Of a DNA stretch of 64,000 nucleotides, positions 12,530 through 25,900 are shown piece after piece; within the stretch, counting starts at the first letter, position 1; each line of letters begins with the position of its first letter. This DNA is from Gnetum montanum (lineage: Eukaryota > Plantae > Gnetophyta): assembly GCA_015680685.1 (NCBI GenBank), contig MNCI01002682.1, forward strand, positions 1,204,152 to 1,268,151, written 5' to 3'. Position numbers and translations under genes: made by a program. The notes under the pieces are model-generated. The model was not told the origin of the DNA and made no database searches. It saw only the letters and a program-made list of their open reading frames with translations.

Positions 12530-13864
12530 CTAATACCCAAAAAATCCAATTGGTTCATCTTGACCCTAAAATTCTTGTTTATTTTTCATAAATCTTAGTA
12601 CTTGATCATCATCTTCAAATACTTGTAAATGTCTTATATTATCTGGTACTAATGGCTGATGTTCTTCTTCAATCATGACATCTTTGTAACTCTCTAATAA
12701 TTGCAATATCCAATGTTGAAGCTGCCTTTGCCAAATCGTTTGCTATAAGATTCTCTGCTCTGTTTATATGCTCTATTTGGCAATGTTGAAACTAATCTAA
12801 CATCTTACAAGCAAGTTGCTTATAAGGTCTCAAGAATGAGCTCGTTACGACACAGTTACCTTTTACTTGTTCACAAACTAATCTTGAGTCTCCCTTTATA
12901 GTGATTTTTTTGATCTTTTTGTCTAGAGCTATTCTCATACCAATACATCAAGCTCATACTCAGCCTTGTTGTTAGTACAAGGAAAAGATAGATGAATTTC
13001 TTTGAGAATTTTGGATGAATCATTCTTAAATATAACTATTCCAACTCCTGCACCTTTTGAATTGCATGAACCATCAAAGTATAACTCCCATTTATCCTCT
13101 TGCTTTGATTGTTCTTTTTCATAACTACAATTTTCTTGGAGTGTACAAATTTTGTTTTCAACACCTTCTTTTTCAGCCATTTTACTTCTTCCGTTTGAAG
13201 TAATATTATCTATCATCAAAGGTTCGCTATAGATGTAGATTTGATTTGGTTCTCCTTTCCAAGGTAACCACATGTGAGAATAATCTGTTGATATGTAACC
13301 TGAGAAATTCTTACTCCAACTTCTACTCAATAAGAGACTATGTGAATCTGGTATATCTGCCACTTGAATAGTTGCTTTACTTCTAATGCGAGGTTCAGAA
13401 GCAATTTCCAATAGAACACTTGGTAATTGACCCACGATCTTCACTCTACTTTTATCCACTTGAACAATCTTTCTATTTGATTTTTCAGGAATCAAACCAA
13501 GTTTCTTACATATAGACAATGACATTATAGTAGACGTAGCTCCGGAATCAACCAAACAATTGTGTAAGAATTTATCCTTTAATTTCATTGTCAAAAGGAA
13601 AGGAGGAGCTTCCTTGTCATACGAAGTCCTTAACTTTTCATCATTGTTAGACACATAACTTAACTCTGATTCTCTAGCTCTTCTTTTACCTTTAATGAAT
13701 TCGAAAGACTTTCTTTGCTGATCTCCTATTTGAAGAAACTGATAGAGGCTAATATTGGCCTTGACATGTTTAAGGTCTTCAATCAAATCATATTCTCCAT
13801 CACCAATAAAACTTGATTTCTTTATCCATTTATTGAAAGACTGATTTAGAGTACTTTGCTCCAC
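12530..13864 (-). pseudogene. pol: Aspartic protease + additional (archaeal-type) RNase H + linker
   Basis: CLVDSGATSTIM (PR); WELYFDGS, CTNNKAEYE, IKGDSRLVCEQV, RAENLIANDLAK (aRH); VPDNIRHLQVFEDDDQVLRF linker; frameshifts near 12945 and 12700 and a few stops. Confidence 0.9.
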
Positions 13865-15223
13865 TTCATTGTCTTTACCTTTATTCTTATCCTTTCTACT
13901 TGGCTCAAAAACTTTTTTCTTAGTAGATGCATCAGTAATAACATTTGGGGGTCTAGAAGTAGTTAATCTTTTCTTTGATTGAAGATTATATCCATTTTCC
14001 TCATTGTTATTTCATTCTTCATCCGATGACGTATCTTCTTCAGAACTTGATAGAGAAGAAGTATCACTAGATCCATTGCTAGAAGACTTACTTGCATAGT
14101 GAACACTAGATAACTCATTATCAGATTCAATATCAAGAAAGTTGGACATAATTAGGGCACTTTCATCCTCATCTTCTGCTAACTTAGCATCTTGATGTTT
14201 ATGCTTTCTACTTTTCCTTTCTTCCTTGATATTAACTCTTGCCAATGCCTTTGCAAGCTTCACTATTTTGTTAGACATATCTCTCATTAATTGTCCTTTT
14301 TTAGATCCCACTCTTTCATGTTCTTTCTCTTTCTTAATGTGAGATGGACTCGGTAAAGCTTTAAATTGAGCTAAATCTTGCATAGGAATCATAACTCTTT
14401 CTTCTCTTTTTGGAATAGAAATATTTTTTTCAGGATTCAACTATTTTTCTAACTGTATAGCTTCACTAAAATAGTCATTTAGTATAGTTAAGTTTGGAGT
14501 TCTCCTTAACCAAATTGAAATGTTGGGGTTGACAGCCTTAAGGTAAGTTTCCTTAAGCATTTCTTCTGATGGCCTATATTGCCTTTGAAAGAGTCCACAA
14601 ATTCGTTGAAACTTAATGTTGAAATCTCTAATTGACTCTTTAACTCCTTGCTTAGCTTGTATTAGCCCACAGTATAGTTGTTGTTGATCTAATTGATTAC
14701 CAAACTGGGCTAAGAAAAGATTCTTCATGTCATCCCAACTTGTAATACTATTACTTGGTAAGTTTGAATACCAAATCTGAGCCATATCCTTTAGATTTGA
14801 TACAAACAACCTACAAGCTTGATCTTGATGTTGAATATTTGCATGAGCTAAAGCTAACTCAAACATGTGAATATATTCTTCAGCTAAATAAGCTTTTCCA
14901 GGAATAAAAGGCTCAGGCAAATATTTGTAAACTACCTTAGGAATATCATTGTAATTTTGAAATCCTAATGGTGTAACTCCTTGCCAAGGATTTGCCATCC
15001 TATTCCTTTGAAATGTTGAACTCTTAGACTTTCTAGATCTTCTCTTACGAATTGATAAACCAGAGATAATGGGTGATCTTCTTGATCTTCTAGTTTTCAC
15101 TCCACTACTTGTTCCCAATTCAGAAACTTTCTTTTGTTCTTCTTCTGATGAAGAATCAGTCTTAGAATCTAGAATATCCTTTGAAACTTTGAAACTTTCC
15201 AAACTATGAAATTTCTTGGTCAT
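13865..15223 (-). pseudogene. gag: Gag (Retrotrans_gag-type capsid) with two in-frame stops
   Basis: CRLFVSNLKDMAQIWYSNLPSNSITSWDDMKNLFLAQF...QGVKESIRDFNIKF; one reading frame through TAG (14441) and TGA (14012) into PR. Confidence 0.9.
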
Positions 15224-15314
15224 GAACTGAAAATAGTATCTAATTCTTAAGCCTTACAAATAATTGTTGATGTACTAAAAGTATAAGGCTTATGAACCTA
15301 GAGGCTTAATTTTC

Positions 15315-15333
15315 AGCCCTCCTTCTAGCGCCA
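15315..15333 (-). promoter_or_regulatory. Primer binding site, tRNA-Asn
   Basis: TGGCGCTAGAAGGAGGGCT, complementary to the plant tRNA-Asn(GTT) 3' end ...CCCTCCTTCTAGCGCCA; 7 nt from LTR. Confidence 0.9.
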
Positions 15334-15340
15334 AAAGAAC

Positions 15341-18300
15341 TGTTGGCGACCGTTTGGGACGCGACCGCCAACGAGTGTCCTCGAACAGGATTTAGGTGCC
15401 TGCTGGTCTCTGGCAACACCAAGGCCCAGATACCTCCAAATAAACTCAGTAGTTAATGTGAGTATGTGTGTGTGCTGTTGCGGCGTGCGGTTGTGAGAAA
15501 TGTAACGATTGCGTTGTGTGTAAACTACAAATGACTTACTTTAAAGAGATTCAGCCAACTTTGCCAAGTACTGTGAGTTCTTGAAAATTTCCTATTTTGT
15601 TCAACTGCCTAGTCTACGCGGTCCTTATAATACCTACTTGTAACAAATAAAATTTTGCAAAAACATTTGAGCACAACTCCGCAATCTACTCCTAATTTTC
15701 CCCAGAGAAAGAGATAGTTCCACAAGAAAACTAGAAATAGAGCAAGATTCGATGGAAATAAGCAGAAAAGAAAAGAAAGCAGATTTGTGTAGACCTCAAA
15801 TATTTAAACAAGGTAAAATGACACGAGTAAACACTTCGCAATAAAGCTATCCCAAATTCAATATCTACGAATTGTTCAAACTTCCAAGGCTCAAACAAGC
15901 AATATCCTCAAGACAATCGTACTATGCTACCAAAAATTGCTGCGTAAACTACCACGTACGAGACTCCATTTTGACTAGATAATAGATGTCAACGATTGCA
16001 TTCAAACAGAACCTTTAAAAGACTTGACAATTTCTGATTGAAATACCACGGGAATTCACTTTAAAGATAAAAAGAAGCTATTTTGGTCCCATCAAAATAC
16101 CAAAGATTTTCTGAACCCTCTCGACTATTGAATTGTTCAACAGCGTGACTACAAACAGAGACTCTCTTATAAAAATCCCAATAGCAGTTCCCATACGTTG
16201 CACAATAACAAAATTTACTACTAAAATGCTCTTAAGGCTTTTAAACACAAGCGCTTCTATGGCAAAATTTTAATAGAAATTTCTATCGGGCAACAAGAAC
16301 AGTAAGAGCAATCTAAAAATCCCAAAATTACTTCCCAAGGATGATACTATCTAAACCACTAGCTAAACAATTTAGACAAAACAAAAAATAAAATGCATTA
16401 CTCATAGGACCATGACAAAGAGGCTGAAATCTTTTCTTTAGCAAGCCATCTTACGAGCAATTGTCTTTACAAATCTTCTTTACAAATGCTCTTCTCAAGA
16501 CCCCATGGTGTCTTCAGTTGAGAGCCTAACTGCTAACTAGTAGCCTTCAAAGTGTGAAGTATGAGACCTCCCAAAAGTCTCTTCTCCAAATTATCCTTCA
16601 AAATTCCCCCCTTAGAATTGAGATTCCAAATTTTGACCTCCCCCACATTTCCCATTCTTCCTCCTTGACCCCTGAAGCCTTTTTATAGGGTTCAAAGGTA
16701 GGTAGGGAAGTTACATATTTAAAAATATCTCACCTAACTTCTCTCCCAAGTAACTTGGCCAACCAATTAGAAGGTTACTTGCCCAAAAAGTTAGGAGGAA
16801 GTTATGTGGTTAGGGAGTTAGGAAGTTATACATAGAATTAGGAGAAATTTATGCTAACATTAATATTTATATTAAATGTGATGTGATAAATAAATATTTT
16901 AACATAAATATTGTAAATATTTTTTTGTGTTTAGTAACTTATATATAAAATAATGTTTTTAAAATAATATTCTATGACTTGGGATAATTAAAGGCAAGTT
17001 TTCTAAAACAGGGCTTCACACTATATGTACTTTATTAATGGTTGTTATATCTATATATATGTATAAATGTAGATTAATTTGTAAGATATTTTAGTCACCT
17101 GATGCTTTTGTAAAGTTATATACGAGTGGTAGTAATGAAATAATTTTACATATATCTTGGTGAAAGTGGTAGAGTTAATGAATGGGTTAAAATAATTCTT
17201 CTTTGTCTTCCCTGGTAAATCGTATGGATAATCGGCAATGGTTCCAAAACAGCAGGCGTAATCGGCTGGTTCATTTTCTCCTTTCTCTGCACAAAACCTG
17301 CAAAAATTGACACATGTTCTACCCAAGATCCAAAGTGCTGTATCACCCAAACCGTATGTTTGAACCACCACCGCAAAATCGTAGCCAACTGCCACCACGG
17401 GAGAAGGCTCTACTGCTACATCTGGGATTTTTGTTTTTCCCCAAATTGGCTTAGGGCTTCCTACGTTTCTTGAATTTTTTCTTGAATCGTCACCACCATT
17501 GTCATTGATCATAGAACCAAGGGTGAATGTATTATGGATCTGCATCCACTGAAATTGTAGGAACCTTCAGAACCGTTGCTGCCCGCACAACTGAAACCGC
17601 TATGGCCTGCAACAAAAATAAAATCAGGGCCCCAACAAAACGTGACTTCTTTCTCCGTATACTGTGTGGAGAGGGTTTCAATTTTTTTTTTCAAAAATAA
17701 TATCCCTGCGTTCTACCCTACATTGGCCTCAGTTCTGTCCGAATTTCTCCACATGATTGCTACCTGAAACCCCTTTTAAATCGGCTCATTGGTGAAAGAA
17801 GGGCCTCCCACGTGCTCCACGAACTTAGGTTCGACGTTTAGCGAGTCGGCAACATAGATCCAGCCAGTGTGTGGACACAGTCCAAAATGGCAAGCCAAAG
17901 GAATTACCCCAAAACCACGGCATTCAGTTCTACTTTTTTTTTATTTTGTTTTTCTCCGGTAGCGTTAACAATGGGCCTTTCGTCATACATGAATTTTGAT
18001 TTTCTACAATACAGAAACCTTTACATCCTTTGATAATTTTAAATTCATGAATTCAAAACCAGTTGGTAGTTCGTTAGGTCCTTCACTTGTTTCCAACTCT
18101 TAGCCGATTTTTGAAAATCCATTACCCACGGTGTTGTCTATTTTGCCAATATTAATCAAGGAGTAGGCTTTCTTGTGGTAAATAATCACCTCTTTTTTTT
18201 ATTCCAACCTTCACTCAAGGAAATATCTTGGCATTTTAATTTACTTTCCAAGAAGGCTTCAACATCAAGATTATTTACCAGGTTTTCTTCTCCAAGAATA

Positions 18301-18398
18301 CCCATTACTCACAATACTAAACTGCAAATTTACAACCAGGGATTGTGCTAATATTTTGAACAAAATATTTCAATTGCTCCATGTAATGGCCAAATGTA
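15341..18398 (-). repeat. 5' LTR of family B element (6-bp deletion at outer terminus)
   Basis: Copy of 6848-9919; ends CAAATGT-A instead of CAAATGTGCCAACA; TATA at 16680-16687. Confidence 0.95.
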
Positions 18399-18435
18399 GT
18401 ATGGTTGAGTGCTAGAATACCCAACCACTCATCAT

Positions 18436-18453
18436 TGGCGCTGTTGTTAGGGG
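18436..18453 (+). promoter_or_regulatory. Primer binding site, tRNA-Asp type
   Basis: TGGCGCTGTTGTTAGGGG directly after LTR end TCATCA. Confidence 0.8.
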
Positions 18454-18539
18454 TGTGTCAGTGCTTGCTAGTTAGTTGATTTTACAAAGTTTGTTGTATC
18501 AAGCATCACAAAGTATATTTCTTATACTTAGATTAATTT

Positions 18540-20526
18540 TTTAGAATGTACACACTTAAACATCAAACACTTAACATAGCTTCTACAAATAGAAAAAAAT
18601 ATTCACCTACAATTGATTTTAATGAAAGTCATGACAAGGATTACAATGAAGAATATTGGAGTGAACTGATGCAAAACAAGATTTCCTATGCTCATATTGA
18701 TGCTTATTATCCTAATTTTATGTTTAATTTTCACTAGAATGAACAACTAAAATGAAGAGATCTATAAGAAAACATTGTCTTGCCATTTGACATTCAACTC
18801 CATGAATTCTTCAAGAAACCCTTATGAGGTCAAACCTTGGCCATGTGTAGGAAGGGTATCAAGTCACCAAAAACATGGCTAGGTCATACCAGCCAATGGA
18901 AGCTTAAGTAAGAAGGGATGCCATCATGGAGACAAGGTATGAACATGATAAAGGAAAGAAGGCACCTCAAATAGTTATCTAGAAGAAAAAGAAGATACTA
19001 TATTCCAAACTAATAAATTTCATCAAACTCATGAGTCTCATTTCCAAACACCAATCATCCACATTGAATATCCCATCAAAATAAAGCTACATTCAACTCT
19101 TGTAGAAATCCCTTGAAGAAATAAGAAAGACTCCAAAATTAGGAGAAATTTAGAGCCTATGACCTCTAAGGAATCCAAAAGAGATAAATTAGGGAGTCAT
19201 AGAAGGAGAACCAACTAACACCACTCTCCAACTCCTTCATGTTCTTCCTCACATTCATTAATAGATTCTAACAAGAGAGAATGAAGATTAAGGAATCATG
19301 ATGGGGGAAGAAGGAGAGGTTATGAGTGACATGCACATAGAAGATGGCATCCTATTGAAGAAGAAGATACCATGATGAAAGGGTAGAAAGAATTAGACAT
19401 GGCATGAAAGAGCATCATGAGCATCAGAGGGGTCTACAATAGAGCTTATGAGCTCGAAGACTATGACAAACCTTGTTAGCCACTTGTAATATGATCAACA
19501 TTAGAAAAGTTATGTACATTCCTACTACGCATGTAAGGGATAGTTGTATTAAGTGACTAAAAATAAATAAAATTTTAAAATTTGAAGGTAGATACAATGC
19601 AGATTCACAAAACATCATCCCCAAGCCTTTCACAATGCTTGTGCACTAAAAAACATGTAAAATGATTAGTAGAAATTGTAGTTGTTTCGTTGAAAAGTAG
19701 AGAGCTAGTATAGGTCCTTAAAATTGAAATCAATTCAAAGATGGAGTACCATGCTAGAACTCTTCCATGATAAATATCAAACATATTTTAGAGTGTCAAA
19801 TTTTAGAAAATAGATCCAAGGATGGAAACAAGGAATACATGAATCCCTTGATATAGTAATGGGTAAGTACTATTCCTTATTGCATAGGTGCCTAGTCCAT
19901 GGATTCTTTCAATAGGAACAACTATGACATAGCATCGATGGACTAAGGAACAAGACAAGAGAAAATCTTGAGGGATATATGCCCAAGGTAGGTTATCCAG
20001 AATAATAGAATAAGTGATGAAAGAGGAAGGTGAGTTAAGGAAAAGAGAATCACTAGAAGAATACAACAAAGACCCAACAATAACAAAAAGAGATGTAAGA
20101 ATATGTGAATCATAAGAAGAAGAAATTTTAGAAGATACAATCTAGAGAAAGACTCTACTAATCCAAAAATAAATTAATGATATTACAACTAAGGTAAATG
20201 TGGAATTCTATAGATGAGAAGTTTGCTATAGCATTGAAGATAGTAAAGGAAAGGATTGAACAAGCCTTACATAAAAGTAAAGACAAGAAGAAGAAAAGAT
20301 ACAATGAACATGAAAACTACAAAAAAAAAAAAACAAAAAGTTTCTATGGTGGAGGAAGTGATAGACTTCAATTCAAAAGAGGACAAAAGATGTAAGGTGT
20401 GCCAAGGGATGTTGCCCTGTTATGGTCTACTTACAAGAGTCTGGGGCATACATACTCAATCGAAAGTTTGTTAAGAAACAAATATTGAAATGATTACTGT
20501 ATCTGTAAAGTAATTTCAAATAAGCC
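18540..20526 (+). pseudogene. gag: Highly decayed gag region of family A host element, truncated by family C insertion
   Basis: Position after PBS; KFEGRYNADSQ..QAFHNAC-like fragment ~19580; basic K/R-rich tract and KRCKVC near 20390. Confidence 0.55.
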
Positions 20527-21924
20527 TATTGCACCCAAAAAATTCAATTGCTAGAAAAAAACCAAAGATCTAAGGTGTAGAAATAGTTTTTGACCTTGAA
20601 TCCTAAGGGTCTCTGAGAAAGAGGATTCAAGGTGCCTTGGATGATTTAGCTGATCACCCAGGGACTTAAAAAATGTAAATGAAAAAAAGTAATATAAAAT
20701 TTTAGATTCAATATAAAATAAACATAGAATTAAACTTGGAATAAAACTACACTATAAATGAACTAACAAACTTTATTAAAAATAGAAAAAATTCTTAATG
20801 TGTAGAGTTCGAGTACAAATTGTGTGCTCAAATGCACAAGAAGCTTGTCTAATGGGCCTTGAAGCCTTTTGGAGTTGGTAGCTTATATTATGTAGTCAAA
20901 ATACACAATCCAAGTACTACCCAACCCTAATTGTCAAAAACCTCTTACTAGGTTTTGCTTGAATTTGTAACTTTTATGGGTAAAAATGGTGTAAATGGTG
21001 GTGTTTAAATTTTGTGGCAATGGTACTATGTTGAGAGTCTCTGGTGCTTAGGTAGATGCCAAATTGCTCCAAACGTCTTGCAAATGCCAAAATGCTTGAG
21101 GTTGAAAGGGTTATTAGGTTGTTAGGTTTCAAAAATGTCTAGACCTGAATGAAGTGTTCGAGTTTAAATTTTATAGGCTTAGAAACTACTGAATTTAGGC
21201 TACAAATTTCTACCTTTATTGTTGATATATTGATGCCATTTGCAAGCATTGTAGGCCATAATTCCTAGTGTAGTTGATAATTTATGATAAGTTTTGACAC
21301 CTAGATGTCATCAAAACCACATTGGATACTAAAAATAGTAAACAAACTTTTGTAACTATGCTAGCTTCACCTCAACTATGCTAGCCTTATAGAGCTATGC
21401 CAGCATTGTTGGAATTTGTTGGAAAATGTGATGACTACACTGGACATGTGAAGATTGTTGAAAATCTATGATGACTTCATTGATCATGCTGCCAACATTG
21501 GAAATTGTGATGACTACGTTGGCCATTGTTGGAAAAATGGAAAGCCTAATAACTCCAATGCTGGTCTTGTAGCTCCCACATTGGGTTTTGTGACAACTAT
21601 GTTCGGAATTGTTGGAAAATGAAAACCCAAAACCACCAACATTGGGTGTATGTGGTTTCAGCGTATTTGAGGCTATACCCTTGCAAAAACCCATGAAAAT
21701 GGCAAATTTGGTAGTTCCCAAGGCATTTTTAGCCATAGTAACTTACCTTTTCCACTTGGGAAGTGAGGAAATAGTAACTTATAAGGCACTTTTTAGTCTC
21801 AAAAGTTAAAGTAAGTAAGATTGTAGTTCATGGGCCACAAACCTTACATTTAAAATAAGTTCTTGCCTCAAGTTGGATGGTGAAGATTATAAGTTACAAC
21901 ATGCATTTTCTAGGTGGTGTTTCA
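20527..21924 (-). repeat. 3' LTR, family C
   Basis: Minus strand begins TGAAACACCACC after PPT-like AACAAAGATGGGCCAA, ends ...GGTGCAATA; shares AAGTCCCT, GGCACCTTGAATC blocks with + copies. Confidence 0.85.
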
Positions 21925-22991
21925 TTGGCCCATCTTTGTTGATGTTTGAAAGATTATCCTAAGAGACATTGACAAAGAATGCAAAATACCATTGTAGGTC
22001 AATCATAAGAATTTCTTCTCCATGCTTGATCTTGTAGTGTAGAACCATGTTAAAGAGTGCTTTGTGACAATGGGATAATGTTATGATGAGATGGTAAAAG
22101 TTGTAGGTTACATTTGGTCATCAAGAAATGGTTATGGGGGTTAACAATGAGTTTCATAGGTTGACATCATGGCTATGGTTACAATAATGACATGTTGAAT
22201 AATCAATAAGGACTTTGCACTTTGTGCTTTAAAGTGTTGAACACTTGGTAATGTTTCTAAGGGACCAACACCTTACTCCAAGGTTTCTTTGGCCATTAGG
22301 CTCCTCCCTTTTCATGTTTGTAGCCATTGGATTACCTTTTGGTCCTTGTTCGTTGTTGTTTGACTTCTTGGTAATTTTCTTCTCCTTTTTCCTTCGAGTT
22401 GAAACCTTCATGGGGTTTCATTACCAAGGAAATATTTTATTTGGTTTCCTATTGAATGAGATGTGTTACATCCAATGGACTTGATGGTGGAGCATGATGA
22501 AGGAGATGTCACATGGCCATAACGCATGAATGTCAAACATAGGTTAACATTATTATTCAGAGTAAGGAAGGTCATAATCAAGTAGTGGAATTAGGTTCTA
22601 AGGGAAGTGATGGTAGGTAGGAATTATTAAATAAGCACTCTTGGTACAGCAAGACACACAAAATCCTGCATATTGAGGTTACATGGTAACTTGCTACTAC
22701 AATATGTTACACGTTCATGATGACTTTAGGCTTCATCTTGCAAGCACAACTCCAAGAAGACAAGAAAACAAGACAAAGAAGACATGTTGTTATAATACAA
22801 TACATAGGGCCATATGAGAGAATTAGCAAACTAGGCCACTGAAGGTCACAATTATCACACCCAAAAGGGATTTGTATATTGCATTACAAAAATTATAAAT
22901 TCTTTTAGTTCACTTATTATGTAAAAAGAGGTAAAGAAAGAAATATTGGCTTACTTGTTATTGGTAGTGTTAATACCTAAAAAAAATCATG

Positions 22992-25900
22992 TTAAATGTA
23001 ATAAGGTTTGAGGTAGGAATGGTTGATTGGATTGGCCAATTCTTTCCCATCCATGTATGCTATTCTGAAGGCTCCGTTGCCATAGGCCTTGGTGATCAAG
23101 AAAGGTCCTTTCCAATTGGTTGAGAATTTGTCCATGTGTTTGTGAAAATCCTTAAGGACCAAGCCTTCCTTCTTGATATTTCATTTGTTCAAGATATGGT
23201 GATGCTATTGTTTTTGCCTCTTTTGGTATTGCTTAATGTGAGCAAGCATTTGCACTCGTTGTTGTTTCATTGAGTCTAGGTCCATGGTATGTAGCTCCTT
23301 GTTTTGTTCATCATTAATGAAGTTTGATAAGGCCACTCTTAGCGATGGAACCTACAATTAAAAAGGAAAAATAGCTTTAAAACCATAAATCAAGCTATAT
23401 GGGGTTACACTAGTGGCTATTTGATAAGTGATTCAATAGGTCCAAAGTGCATGGACAAGCCTCTCATGCCACTTGAGTTTGCTATTATTCAAAATGGTTT
23501 TTAGCAAGTTTATGATGGCCTTTTTGCTTCATCTTGTTCATTGGCTTAAGGGTAGTATGATTATGAAAAGGAGTGTTTAATGCATAGGTCTTAACAAAAG
23601 GATTTTGTTTCTTGGCTACTAAATTTTGGTTCATTATCTATGAATATGGTCATAGGTATGCCAAAATGGGCTACTATGTTATCAAGTATAAATCTGCAAA
23701 CTTTTCAAGACATTATCTTCCATATGGGAATGGCTCTAATCCACTTTGTGAAGTACTTAGTTGCGGTGATGATAAATCTATGCCTTGCAGAAGACTTAGG
23801 TGTTCTAGGTTCAATAATGTTCAATCCTCACCATTGAAATGATCAAGTTATTTGAGTAGTGTGTAACTTAGTTGGTGGCACACATATTAGGTTACTATGC
23901 TGCTAACAAGTGTGACAAGTTTTAACCTTCTGCAAACAATCATTTTTAATATAGGACCAGTAATAGTCTAGTCTTCTAATCTTAGTAGCATTGGTTCTAG
24001 GTCCTATATGTCCTCCACATACACCCTCATGAACTTTCTCAAGGACTCTATAGGCTTTGGTTTTTTCCAAGCACACTAACAATATGCCATCATAATACCA
24101 TTGACATAATGTGTTATTACCTATGATGACATACTACTTTGATCTTTTATGTACAATGCCCTTCTAAGAAGTAGTTAGGCCTTGTGTAGATTCACTGTGC
24201 ATTAGGTAAAACTTGATATCATCATACCATTCCCTTGGAGGGGTGGTATTGATGGAGGCCATAGAGTTGTCCTTAATGTTTTGTGTGATGGGAATATAAA
24301 AATTCATAGTTAATGAGGGAAACTTATTAAACACATTAGACATCACACTAAGAACTAAGGTCACAATGACATCATCTAGTGTGTTCTTAATTCAAGGTAT
24401 ATGTTGGATACTAATATCTATAAATTTTTGTATTAGTTTCTTTCCTAAGTCACAATAAGGTTGCAAATGTTTGGCTTTGCACACATAAACCTTAGTTACT
24501 TGGGTAACCACAAGTTTTGAACCACCTTTGATCACTAGATGCTTGATTCCTTGGTCACAAACTACCATCATTTCCCTGATCAATCCTTCATACTCTACCA
24601 CATTGTAGGTACATGGGAATTAAAAATGATAGGAAAAAGATTGGATTTCACTATAAGGTGATGTTATGATGGCAGCAACACTAGCCCCAAGGGCAGTTAA
24701 AACTTTATCAAAGTACATAATTAACTCATATCCCTTAGGTACTTCATTGACAATGTTGACATACTCATTAGGGAATTCAGGGTCTATGGCTGCATGATCT
24801 TCTACTGGTGAAACAATAAGTTGTATGGCTATTTCTTGGCCTTTTGTTAATGCTTAAGAGACATAATGTAGGTCAAATTCAGCTATTATGGCTTTCCAAT
24901 GGGCTATATAGCTACTCTCATAGATATTGATTGTTTTGGCCCTAAGTACGTTATCCTTGCAAATGACATTGACCTTGCCCCTAAAGAGGTAGTGTTGCCA
25001 CTTCTTCAACAAGGAGATTAGGGCTAGATAGTAGTTCTCTACTTTAGTGTATCAAGTCTCATGGGAAGATAATGCATGGCTTAGGTAGTATACAAGCATC
25101 CCCACTCCATCATCTCATTTTTGATAGAGTAAAGAGGTAATGGATGTATCAAAGATAGTATAGTAGATGTAAAAAGGCTTATCCTGTTATGGAGGGTAGA
25201 CCATTGGTACTTGTGCCAACTCTTGCTTAAGGTTTTCAAAGGCTTATCAGCATTGAGTTATTCACTCATAGTAAACTCCTTTCTTAAAAAAGTGTTGCAT
25301 GGGATGTAACTTATTTGTAAGTTTGGTGATAAACCTGTGAATGAGTTTTAATTTTCCTTGTAATCCCCGAAGCTCCTTAAGGTTGGTTGGTGTTGCCAAG
25401 TTGGATATGGCCTTAGTCTTATTAGGATTGACACGTATTCTTGCTTTGGATACTACAAAGAAAATCATCTTATTGGTTTTAATACTAAAGACATACTTCT
25501 TAGGGTTAAGCCTAAGTTCATATTTGAGACATCATTTCAACACAAGGTCAAGGTCATGCACATGGTTGTTGGCCACTTTGGACTTAATAGATATTTCATC
25601 CGTGTAGTCATTGAGTAATCCTAGTATATAATCACTAAAGATATATGTCATCACTCTTTGATAGGTTGTGATGAGTCATGGTTTTTCAGGCCTAGTTATC
25701 GGAGCCATGTTATCGGAGCCCTAGTCTGATAGGTCCGGATATCGGATCCCCGATATTGGGGCTGCATTAACTAGGCCACGTATATAGGGCCCTGTATACG
25801 CGGTTGCGTATACATGGCCCCGTTGATGCATCCACCCATGCGTTGACATGGCCCCATTTACGCAAAGTCTATTTTTAGCTATAAATAAGTGTGCACCCGC

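Larger units (their letters stand above)
6848..18398 (-). mobile_element. Full-length RT-less TatII-like Ty3/Gypsy LTR retrotransposon (family B)
   Basis: ~3.06 kb direct LTRs 6848-9919 and 15341-18398, TSD GTATG (6843-6847 / 18399-18403), tRNA-Asn PBS, PPT, gag-PR-aRH-(partial RH)-INT. Confidence 0.95.
6006..18434 (+). mobile_element. 5' LTR of a family A element (6006-6847 + 18404-18434), split by the family B insertion
   Basis: Starts TGATAA, TATA CCTATAAATACC ~6104, ends CCACTCATCA at 18434, followed by PBS; colinear with reverse complement of 46835-47745. Confidence 0.8.

Noticed and set aside
14438-14446. Programmed stop-codon readthrough in gag
   Set aside because: One of several TAG/TGA stops compatible with C>T decay; no CARYYA readthrough context
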